Assembly: GCA_010909165.1 (NCBI GenBank)
Contig: VJWM01000025.1
Location: forward strand, 1-64,000
Reading direction: 5' to 3'
Length of the DNA: 64,000 nt
From: Anthoceros angustus
Lineage: Eukaryota; Plantae; Anthocerotophyta
Part shown: piece after piece, positions 12,081 to 22,739 of the stretch
Layout of the letters: every line of letters begins with the position of its first letter
How positions within the stretch are numbered: the first letter of the stretch is position 1
Notes under the pieces: model-generated
Databases searched by the model: none
What the model was told of the DNA's origin: nothing
The model's input: the letters and a program-made list of their open reading frames with translations, nothing else
Position numbers and translations under genes: made by a program

Positions 12081-13159
12081 GCCCCGCAACTCAGCCCCAC
12101 TCTGATGCGTACAATGCACATGAAGAAATCAGAAGCCAAGAGGCATCAAGTTGAAACCGGTGGTGATCCTGCGGAGCTTCTGAAGATTCCCAGGGCTACA
12201 GGGATGGTCGATGGGGCACACTGGCTGGGCACTTGGAACAACTCAGGCAAGGAGCATGGTAGTGCTGACAATATTCAGGTATGTCCTGGTGCTTGCTTTC
12301 GTACTTCTCAAATTGCACAGTTTTTCTTACTGGCGGGAGCACAGTCTGAGGACAGTGTTATTGATTTCAAGAGAGAGTAGGTAGGTCTTCGAATGCCTAA
12401 GCTAGGGCTGCTATCTACACATGGACTCAGGTGTACCATGAGTGTTCGGAGGATTCAAACTGCACCACTAGCTTCACCAGATTTGTGAAGGTGTGGAGGC
12501 GTTGGGTCGTAAAGGATCCTGTTTGAACGAGCTGCAGCCCACCAACCACGCCGAACTCCAAGCATAGCTAGCGGAGCTTAGGCAGTCTGGCAGAGTATGG
12601 GAACTGGTAGAGCCTTATCCTGCCATTTACTTCCATTTGGGAGAAGGACATCAATTTTAAAAATGGAGTTCCCAATGTTGCTGTTGCTGCTAGAGACCAA
12701 GCCTTGTGAGAACAATGTGACAAGGATCCTGTCGGTGGAAGCTGGGCGGGATGAGGATTTAGGGCACACGCAGAGGGAGCCTGAACTTTTCAAGGAAGTA
12801 GAGGAGATCATCGGTAATTTCGCAAATCTAATGAGGGGGTTCATAACAACCAGCTGGAGGCGAGGGGGAATCTTTTGATGCTGCGACATCAAGGTAGCTG
12901 GCTGGTAGGCGATGGGGTAACCTCATCCCAAGTGTATGTTTTCAGAATCAGGGGGAACTATGTGAACCCTCTCAGCTGTAAGCAGGTTAGCACTAATCGA
13001 AGTTGCTGGCTGGTGGGAGTGTTGGTGCTCATGAACCTTTTTATCAGGATTGGAGCCCATGGGGCTCATGTCGTTGAGACTTGTGCGCGGTGTTGACCGC
13101 CTCCATCGCTCTTTAACCTTATATCCTGCCGACCCCTCTCCATCATCATCAAGTATCTG

Positions 13160-13270
13160 CTGCTAACACCTAGGCCTCGTGGCGGATCCAAAGTCGTGGG
13201 TCGATCATCAGGCCCTGCTAACACCTAGGCCTCGTGGCGGATCCAAAGTCGTGTGTCGATCATCAGGCAT
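13160..13270. repeat. 55-bp tandem duplication
   Basis: ctgctaacacctaggcctcgtggcggatccaaagtcgtg.gtcgatcatcaggc occurs twice. Confidence 0.9.
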
Positions 13271-13558
13271 CTTTTCCCTTGCATCAGAGTCACTCTACTC
13301 GCTACTGGTAGGCTGTCCCAGGAATTCTTGGTCACCCATCTCTCAGCATGTGTGCAAATATGTTGGGCCCGAGTTCAGCGGAGTCGTGTATTGTCTCTCC
13401 TCGAGCCTGTCTTACCCTCGATACTAAAACCTATTCAACAGTGCTCATGTCTCAGTTTAGACGAAGATGGAGCTGTTGAGTAATCTTCACCCCCAAGAAA
13501 AAGGAAATATCATCTGGCCTACACACAGGCCTGGGCACTGGCTAGATCTTCAGTATTC

Positions 13559-16500
13559 TCACGGTCGACCCTTACAACTGCAATAACCATTTGCGAATCG
13601 ATGCACGCGGTACCCATCCCTTACCACAATGTCTCTCTGTTCAAGCCTTGACATGATCTCCGTGGAACTGTGGCAGTCACTGCACATGCGTAGATTCTTG
13701 GTTACCACCAGAGGTGTCCCCTTTGGAGTGTTCAAGAGACCGAACGCCAGAGCTAGTTTCTCAGCATGCCCACAAAGCACATCTTCCTTTTCCTTCTCAC
13801 ACAGTGGCTTCAACACCAACTTTGTGTGAGGTACGTGGCCTCCTTCCTGCTTCAGACGTGCATTCTGTGCTTCTACCTTGCAATATCCTCTCCTTTCTCC
13901 CACCAGGAATCTATGTACCTGCTTATTCACCTCAATGGTCGCCACTGCAGGTTTCTTGTTAGCTCCTGCTACCGTTCTCTGTGTTTCAATCCTGTCGACA
14001 TCGCTCCACATACCTGCATCTGCATAGGCATTGGCCATGAGGACATAGGCGGTCGCCTCCTCGGGGTGCAGCCTAACAATGCTTTCGAAGCACCACCTCG
14101 CCCTCTTTATATCCCCGTGACTTTTGCAGGCATTCAACAAAGACGTCAAGCCCACAATATTGCTTTGGCCCTCGCATGATAGTAGCATCTTCTCGGCCTC
14201 ATCTAAATGGCCTGCACGCCCAAGAAGATCAATCATGCAGGTAATGCTCAATAGTAGGTTTGATGCCATGCTGTTCAGCCATGGAATCAAAGGCTGACTC
14301 CTGGACCAGTCCCTCATGACTGCATGCTACTAGAAGGCAAGTAAAAGTAGCATCATCAGGCTGAATACCAGCAACTAACATCTCCTCAAAACAAGCTAGT
14401 GCCTGTGACCATCATCACAAGTACCATACCCAGATATCAGGGCATTCCATGTCACCACATCCTTTGTGCTGTCAAAACCTGGCGTGCATCTTCCAGTTCC
14501 ACATTTTGCATACATGTCCACCAGGCAGTTGCCAACACTACGTTATCCAGCAGTCCTCTTTCAACAATCAGTGAGTGCAGCTGCCTGCCCTTCTGTAAGG
14601 CACCAGTGCTTGCACAGGCCTTCAGAAGGCAAGCAAAAGTAACATGGTCAGCCAACCAGGCCCTCCTGCTCCATTTGTCCATACAAACAAGTGCCTCATG
14701 TCCGAGCCTTGCTGCATACCCAGCAATCAGGCATTCCATGTCACCACATCCTTTGTGGCCAAGCTGTCAAAACCTGGCGTGCATCTTCCAGTTCACCACA
14801 TATCAGGGCAGTCCATGTCACCACATCCTTGCTGTCAAAACCTGGCGTGCATCTTCCAGTTCACCACATTTTGCATACATGTCCACCAGGCAGTTGCCCA
14901 CCACTACGTCATCCAGCAGTCCTCTTCCACAATCAGTGAGTGCAGCTGCCTGCCCTTCTGTAAGGCACCAGTGCTTGCACAGGCCTTCAGAAGGCAAGCA
15001 AAAGTAACATGGTCAGCCAAAATGAGGCCCTCCTGCTCCATTTGTCCATACAGAGCGCCATGTCCGAGCCTTGCTCATACCCAGCAATCAGGGCATTCCA
15101 TGTCACCACATCCTTTGTGGCCAAGCTGTCAAAACCTGGCGTGCATCTTGCATACCCAGATATCACCATGTCACCACATCCTTTGCATGCTGTCAAAACC
15201 TGGCGTGCATCTTCCAGTTCCACATTTTGCATACATGTCCACCAGGCAGTTGCCCACCACTACGTTATCCAGCAGTCCTCTTCGACAATCTGAGTGCAGC
15301 TGCCTGCCCTTCTGTAAGGCACCAGTGCTTCCACAGGCCTTCAGAAGGCAAGCAAAAGTAACATGGTCAGCCAAAATGAGGCCCGCCTCCATTTGTCCAT
15401 ACACAAGCGCCTCTTGGCGAGTCCTTGCTGTGCATACCCAGCAATCAGGGCAGTCCATGTCACCACATCCTTTGTGGCCAAGCTGTCAAAACCTGGCGTG
15501 CATCTTCCAGTTCACCACATTTTGCATACATGTCCACCAGGCAGGTGCCCACCACTACGTTATCCAGCAGTCCTCTTTCAACAATCAGTGAGTGCAGCTG
15601 CCTGCCCTTCTGTAAGGCACCAGTGCTTGCACAGGCCTTCAGAAGGCAAGCAAAAGTAACATGGTCAGCCAAAATGAGGCCCTCCTCCATTTGTCCATAC
15701 ACAACAAGCGCCTCTGAGTCCTTGCTGTGCATACCCAGATATCAGGGCATTCCATGTCACCACATCCTTTGTGGCCATGCTGTCAAAACCTGGCGTGCAT
15801 CTTCCAGTTCACCACATTTTGCATACATGTCCACCAGGCAGGTGCCCACCACTACGTTATCCAGCAGTCCTCTTTGACAATCTGAGTGCAGCTGCCTGCC
15901 CTTCTGTAAGGCACCAGTGCTTGCACAGGCCTTCAGAAGGCAAGCAAAAGTAATCAGCCCTGCTCCATTTGTCCATACAAACAAGTGCCTCATGTCTGAG
16001 CCTTGCTGCATACCCAGCAATCAGGGCATTCCATGTCACCACATCCTTTGTGGCCATGCTGTCAAAACCTGGCATCCTTCTTTGCATACCCAGCAATCAG
16101 GGCATTCCATGTCACCACATCCTTTGTGGCCATGCTGTCAAAACCTGGCGTGCATCTTCCAGTTCCACATTTTGCATACATGTCCACCAGGCAGGTGCCC
16201 ACCACTACGTTATCCAGCAGTCCTCTTCCACAATCAGTGAGTGCAGCTGCCTGCCCTTCTGTAAGGCACCAGTGCTTGCACAGGCCTTCAGAAGGCAAGC
16301 AAAAGTAACATGGTTAGCCAAAATCAGCCCTCCTGCTCCATTTGTCCATACAACAAGCGCCTCTTGGCCGAGTCCTTGCTGCATACCCAGCAATCAGGGC
16401 ATCCATGTCACCACATCCTTTGTGGCCATGCTGTCAAAACCTGGCGTGCATCTTCAGTTCACCACATTTTGCATACCCAGCAATCAGGGCATTCCATGTC

Positions 16501-17650
16501 ACCACATCCTTTGTGGCCATGCTGTCAAAACCTGGCGTGCATCTTCAGTTCACACATTTTGCATACATGTCCACCAGGCAGGTGCCCACCACTACGTTAT
16601 CCAGCAGTCCTCTTCCACAATCAGTGAGTGCTGCCTGCCCTTCTGTAAGGCACCAGTGCCCACAGGCCTTCAGAAGGCAAGCAAAAGTAACATGGTTAGC
16701 CAAAATCAGCCCTCCTGCTCCATTTGTCCATACAAACAAGTGCCTCATGTCCGAGCCTTGCTGCATACCCATATCAGGGCATTCCATGTCACCACATCCT
16801 TTGTGGCCATGCTGTCAAAACCTGGCGTGCATCTTTCAGTTCGCCACATTTTGCATACATGTCCACCAGGCAGTTGCCAACAAACAAGTTAGTAGGAATG
16901 CCACTGTGCAACACATCACAGTGCACTTTTCTGCCAGATTCCAAGTCGCGGCAAATGCACAAGCTTGAAGGGCAGCTACAAAGACGTGAGCATCCGCCTT
17001 CACTCCTGACATACACATCATATCGTACAGTCGTATGGCCTCCTTGGGTTTCCCGTGCTTGGCGTATGCAGAGATTATGGAAAACCACATGAAGGCATCT
17101 GGTTTGCCCACCCTGGTGAACACATCCATGGCCTCCTGCAGCCTACCTCCACATGCATACATGCGCAAGATATGGTTCCCCAAGTATGCGCCCGACTCGT
17201 ACCCAAGTTTGACAGTGAGGTCATGTACTCGTCGGCCCAAAACCAGATCCTTCTTAGCTCCACACAGTTTCAGCACAGCGTAAAAGAGAGACTGAGAAAT
17301 AGCAGAGTCTGTCTGCGCCAGAGATTCCAGGGCTCCAACGGCCTCAGAAAGCTTCCCCTGCTGACATAACGTGCTCACGGTTACAGCCGTAACGACGCCC
17401 ATTTCCGACCCTGCACGCCTGCCAGGTTCAGGCTTATCCGGAGAGCTGGACTTGGAAGGAGAGGCACCATGACCCATCTGCATATCCAAGGAAACGAGCT
17501 GCTCATCAACCCAAGCTGGCTTGAACATGTTGTTTAACCACAGGACCTCGCCGGACCCCTTACGCCGGAAGTCAGGCGAACGGGAGCTCTTCTTATCTCG
17601 TCTGTTGTCCCACCACATGGTAGGGTCCAGAAAAAATTGTTGCCACAACG
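13559..17650 (-). CDS. PDF-PLS PPR-E1-E2-DYW:KP (GRP) protein, copy B, with an expanded array of ~7 near-identical PLS triplets; 5'-truncated and multiply frameshifted in this assembly
   Basis: WQQFFLDPTMWWDNRRDKKSSRSPDFRRKGSGEVLWL at the 5' end; repeated HVTFACLLKACASTGALQKGRQLHS and CLVDMYAKCG; KKPAVATIEV, HAEKLA, CSDCH, CSCKGRP*. The 3' flank is homologous to that of copy A. Confidence 0.88.
14430..16880. repeat. ~300-360-bp tandem PPR triplet repeat array inside copy B
   Basis: ctgcccttctgtaaggcaccagtgc recurs at ~14585, 14950, 15304, 15602, 15896, 16251 and 16635. Confidence 0.95.
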
Positions 17651-18340
17651 CTTGCAAGCCTTACTTGGTTTTGTTGTCCTCAAACACCTAGAAGGGAAGC
17701 TATATTTCGCCAATCAAATGAACTTTAGCATATGCTCCAATTGCGCCGTCAGAGTCTTTTCCACGGCCGTCGAATGAGCAATTTTTGTATCCTCAAACGC
17801 CATGCCTCCTCCTTACGTTGTTGCCGCAATAATGCTCCTCTTCCGATCCGCCTCTCCATCTCCCATTTTTCCTTCTCCACCGTAGTTTAGATTGACTTTC
17901 CTCCCTAGAGAGCTCCATTTTCTCGAATCAAGACGACGCTTGCTGCGATAGCGAAGACCGTAAGAGCACACTGCAAACAAAACATTGCTTCTTGCATGTA
18001 TTTGTTGGTAGCTGTAACGACTTACATTCATTTCAGAATTGTAGCATCACGATAGCAAGCAGAAAAGCGGATGCCCCACGCTAGGCCCGATCCGCCTTTG
18101 GAGGTGCCTTGCGCTCATCAAGAGGGTGTTGTTCGCACACGCCTGCATAAATGGAGAAGCGGCGAGTCTCGTTGTTTCTTCTTCCGATATGGAAAGCCTC
18201 CCACCATCAACGACTTCACTGGTGGCAGCCCCTCATTTAAGTTCATCTCATGCCTAATATGGAAAGCCTCCCACCATCGTGGGACTTCACTTGGGAAAGC
18301 ATTGTCCTCATCTAAGTTCATGTAATCTTGAGGTTGTGAT
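17641..18340. repeat. Displaced duplicate of Harbinger interior 20160-20882 that truncates PPR copy B
   Basis: tgccacaacgcttgcaagccttacttgg...gaggttgtgat aligns to 20161-20883; the junction lies at the shared ttgccacaa. Confidence 0.9.
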
Positions 18341-18855
18341 GAATTACGCCCAGAGACAGGGCCACACCCGTGATGGCAAACAGCAAGCAACGAGGACGGA
18401 ACAGGGGGACAAAGTTGCAGGCTCGTGAAGATTTGTCGGGAGGTAACAGGGGCACTTGGGTTGTTTTTTTTTTTTTTGACCCGAAACTGATAGAATCTAG
18501 CCATGAGCAGGTTGAAGACAGTTCTAACGGGCCTCGGAGGACCGAACGCACGTATGTGGCAAAATACGGGGCTGGCTAATAGGGGGTTTCAAACTTGTGC
18601 AAAATGGAGCTGATATGGAAATACGAACCCAGATGTATCCGACGAGTATTTGTAAAGAAATGCGAGCTGATATCGCGAAATCATATCCAGCAGGGTCGCA
18701 CCTGCTGGATTTGTATATCAGCCCTGGACGGCTCACGATATCAGCTGGCGTTGCCGAGACGGGCAACTGCAATCCCGTTTGCTGGGCTTGCGCGCACGCT
18801 TCAACCTGAAACGCAAGTCTGGGTTGTGGTCACTGCGGAACATTTGAGAACAACC

Positions 18856-20100
18856 ATGCCTTACAAGTCTGAGAGGCAAGAGTTTTTGAGCGACCTTTCC
18901 AGGTGGATTGCGTTCGCCTCTGTTGAGGACTCATCCTTTGAATCGTCATCCTCCGAATCGTCTGATGGAGATGAGGCTGTTGACCTTTTCTTTTTTTCTT
19001 GTGCCTCTCGCTATTTGTCTGCTCGAGAGCCCAGACATCGTCCTGTGCACTTCTTTCTCGATTCTTTCTCCATGATTGCTGACGAGGAATTTAGGCAACT
19101 ATTTCGCACCTCCCGTCGGGGCTTCTTGTCACTCTTCACAGTCCTTGAGGGTCATCCGGTTTTCAACAATGGTTCTCAGTGTTCCCAAACAGCTTCGGCT
19201 TGGCAATTGGCTTTGACCCTATGTAGGTTGGGTGCTAATGGCAATGGAGCTAGCGTCGGCAAGATGCAAGCCATATTTGGGGTTGGGGCAGGAACTGTTT
19301 GCCTATTTACCAACCGAGTGATAGAAGCTATACTTGCTCAATTTGATGGTTGGCTAGAGTGGCCTGCTGCAGGAAGACGTCAAGAGCTTGGACGTGTCAT
19401 GCAAGAGGAAGGTTTCCCAGGCTGTGTGGGTTTTATAGACGGCACCACATTACCACTATCACAAAAACCAGGTGTGGATGGCGAAGTGTACTTTGATCGT
19501 AAAAGAAGGTATGCTACAATATGTGTTTTGAGGGCTTGCTGTAACCCAAGACACGAGTACTAAGCTTGCACTACCTCTCTTTGCCAGGTATTCCATCAAC
19601 ATGCAAGTGGTTTGCGATGTTGACAAACGAATCACTGCCCTGCATGTGGGTTGTCCTGGTCGGTGTGCAGACTCGTTTGTGTTCCACCGGATGAAACTGT
19701 ACAAGGATCCGCAAACTCACTTTTCAGCAGGGGAGTACATACTTGCAGATTCTGCCTACGGTTTGTCTACCGTATACTGCATAAGGCTCCCGCTTCAAAT
19801 GTGCCGGAAAATGCGAATTCAATTTTGCCTTGCCAAAAGTAGAGTTAGGAATGAGCACGCATAGGTATTTTGAAATCTTGGGCCTCCTTGAGAAATGAGG
19901 CAGATAAGATGTCCTCGGATATGCGGGAGGTAGTCCATTGGGTTGCGACATGTTGTGTTCTTCATAACATGTTAGCTCGCCTTGGTGATACATGGATGAC
20001 ATGCTTCGAGGAAGGTGACCAAGTAGAGTCTTCCGTGAAGTTGTTGGGGCTAGTACCATTCACGAGAGTTTTCGTGAGTCTCAAGATGATTACTCTTGGA
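18856..20100 (+). CDS. Harbinger DDE transposase (DDE_Tnp_4/HARBI1-like); intron 19509-19587; 3' part frameshifted
   Basis: FRQLFRTS, FPGCVGFIDGT, spliced DRKRR|YSINMQVVCD, YILADSAY, RVRNEHA, CCVLHN; GT...AG intron. Confidence 0.88.
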
Positions 20101-20299
20101 CAAATTACGAACGTGGAGTTCTTCCTTTGTCTCGTCGACCAGAAGCATGAAGATATCATTTGCCACAACGCTTGCAAGCCTTACTTGGTTTTGTTGTCCT
20201 CAAACACCTAGAAGGGAAGCTATATTTCGCCAATCAAATGAACTTTAGCATATGCTCCAATTGTTCATCGTAGCCCTTTTTCCATGGCCGTCTGAATGA

Positions 20300-21500
20300 G
20301 CAATTTTTGTATCCTCAAACGCCATCGCCTCCTCCTTACGTTGTTGCCGCAATAATGCTTGCTCCTCTTCCGATCGCCTCTCCATCTCCCATTTTTCCTT
20401 CTCCACTGTAGTTTAGATTGACTTTCCTCCCTAGAGAGCTCCATTTTCTCGAATCAAGACGACGCTTGCTGCGATAGCGAAGACCGATTAAGAGCACACT
20501 GCAAACAAAACATTGCTTCTTGCATGTATTTGTTGGTAGCTGTAACGACTTACATTCGACTTCGTAATTGTAGCATCACGATAAATGCAAAAGCATTTCG
20601 GATGCCCCACGCTAGGCCCAAGATCCGCCTTTGGAGGTGCCTTGCGCTCATCAAGAGGGTGTTGTTCGCACACGCCTGCATAAATGGAGAAGCGGCAGTC
20701 TCAGAACGTTGTTTCTTCTTCCTGATATGGAAAGCCTCCCCACCATCAACGACTTCACTTGGCAGGGCACTGTCCTCATTTAAGTTCATCTCATGCCTAA
20801 TATGGAAAGCCTCCCCACCATTAGGGACTTCACTTGGGAAAGCATTGTCCTCATCTAAGTTCAGGTAATCTTGAGGTTGTGATTCACATTCTTCAGGAAT
20901 TTGAGATTCATCGTCGTTTGGACACTGTGAATCTCCTTCAGTTAAACCAAGGGAGGTGTCAGGATCTTGAATACTTGCGATGGCGAGGTAGGAATTCTCC
21001 AATTAAAGGAGCTTGCGCTGGCCTCCTGTTGCTGCGGTCCAGTCTAGCTCAAATAATGGCTCCACATTTGCTTTGGCTCCAAACAAAGAGTCCATGCGTT
21101 CAAACCAGGCACACATGGTGTCCAATTTATGCGCAACAGTAAAAATACCATTTTTCTGGTCCTCTACAGACACACCAAAACCTGTATTGTCCCTTGCCTC
21201 TCTCGCCTTCATGTACCTTGCCTTGTAAGTAGCAAATCTTTCCTTCATGCTTTTCGCACCAAGACATAAGCGCCCCTTACTACCTTTGCTTACCACATCT
21301 GCCAGCATACTGAAGCCCTTCACTGAATTGCGTAGTGGCTCACCAACACTTGTCTGGCCAGGCACACCAAAGCATGCGTAATTGGGCGGATGCTCTAGCC
21401 AAGTGACAATATGCTCATAATCTTCTCTCTGCAAATTTGGTTTCTTCCCAACAGGAAGGTTACTTTTCTTCTTCCTTGAAGTGACAACGGCTATACACAC
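20300..21500 (-). CDS. Harbinger ORF2, putative Myb/SANT-like DNA-binding accessory protein (frameshifted)
   Basis: Lies inside the TIRs, convergent to the transposase. Contains IVTWLEHPPNY...MKERFATYKARY...CAWFERMDSLFG and an acidic/charged C-terminus with a 25-aa internal duplication. 3' end approximate. Confidence 0.65.
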
Positions 21501-22129
21501 GCTGAGGGCCTGGCACGCTTAATTCTGCCATTCAGGAGAGCAGCAGACAGCCGCCCCGAGCACCGCAGATGCAGCAGAAGAGATGGCTGTGCCGCCCCGT
21601 CGCTGCCCCGCCGGATGTGTATGCTACAGCATCCCCCCAGGCAGCTGTGACACCACTCACCCTAAACCCTACACCCACTGTAGCCTCGCTTCTGATCTCT
21701 CTCTTACAGCACCAACAGGCTTCACAAGCCAACAAGACAGTCCGCAGCAATGCGCCCCGGCTGTGACGGGATAGGCAGAGGGGCACCAGCTGCGAGCGGG
21801 CGGTCCTGAAGTGGGGGCGAGGCAGAAAGGAGCCGGGGGAAGGAGGGAAGCGGGGGGAAGGAGGGACGTGTGGGCAAGAGCAACGGAACAGGGACATGAA
21901 ATGGGAAGCAAGGGCAGCGCGGGAAACAATGGTACAAACAAATACGCCACAACCCGGCCCCGATTTCAGACGGGGAAGTTAAGATTGAATAGACTGATTC
22001 GCTCTGGTATTGCGAGGTTCATATGCGGGGGTAGGCAACCTCGAAAAAGGGCGGATACGCTGTTGTCGACATCCTAAGTTTGAAACCCCCTAATCGCTGG
22101 GGTGAAAGGCCAACCAAAATCGCGACATA

Positions 22130-22706
22130 AGTAACACCCCCTCAACGGGGTGGGGAAAACCACGCAGTTAGAAGCAAAAACGAGAGTAATAAATTAGCAC
22201 TAGACACAGCACTAGGCCTCCAAGTAGCCCGCCCTCTTCTTCTAGGAGGACTCAGACAAAGACCTTGTCACCGCTTCTTATTCTCAAATCACGAGTCAAC
22301 AAGAACATACAGTGGAGGCTAGAGAGAACTCCCCATCTTTGCCTAAGCTAGGAGCTTAGCTCTCTTCACTTGACCTCCTCCACAAAGCTCCTTCACAAGA
22401 CTCCCCTTCCGTGCTCATGCCCAAGCAACAAGTGCTCTCAAGGCATAGCCCAAGCATCAAGTGCTCTCAAGGCGCAACCCAAGCAACAAGTGCTCTCAAG
22501 GTTGAACTGCTGCCTTTAGCCTGTATAGGTCTCCTTTATACTCAAGCCCTAGCTACAATCTTAGTAACTACTTACTTAAGCTTTAAGCTATTATTTACTA
22601 CCACACTTCCTAGGGCTGCATGCTTAACATGCTCTTAGTAACTGCTCTTCTAAACATGCCTCTGCATGGAGCTTTCTTGCAAAGCACTCAAGCCAACTTT
22701 GTTACT
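22130..22706 (-). repeat. Gypsy 3' LTR
   Basis: Shares ggggtggg.aaaaccac, cactaggcctccaagtagc, ctagctacaatctta and aaagcactcaagc..ctttgttact with 56525-57136. Confidence 0.85.
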
Positions 22707-22739
22707 TTCTCCCCCACTAAGAAGAATCACTGCCCTCAG

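Larger units (their letters stand above)
18582..22090. mobile_element. PIF/Harbinger DNA transposon with two convergent ORFs
   Basis: Perfect TIR GGGGGTTTCAAACTT (18582-18596) / AAGTTTGAAACCCCC (22076-22090); TAA on the right flank, left flank imperfect; DDE transposase plus a second ORF. Confidence 0.9.

Noticed and set aside
12100-13430. Possible LINE or other gene between the PPR copies
   Set aside because: No recognisable motif in any frame; left unannotated.
14399-17092. Long plus-strand ORFs (202-315 aa) over the PPR arrays, and 5487-6188
   Set aside because: These are antisense shadows of the repetitive minus-strand PPR genes.
18577-18581. Perfect TAA TSD of the Harbinger element
   Set aside because: The left flank reads taata rather than TAA directly abutting the TIR; only the right side is canonical.
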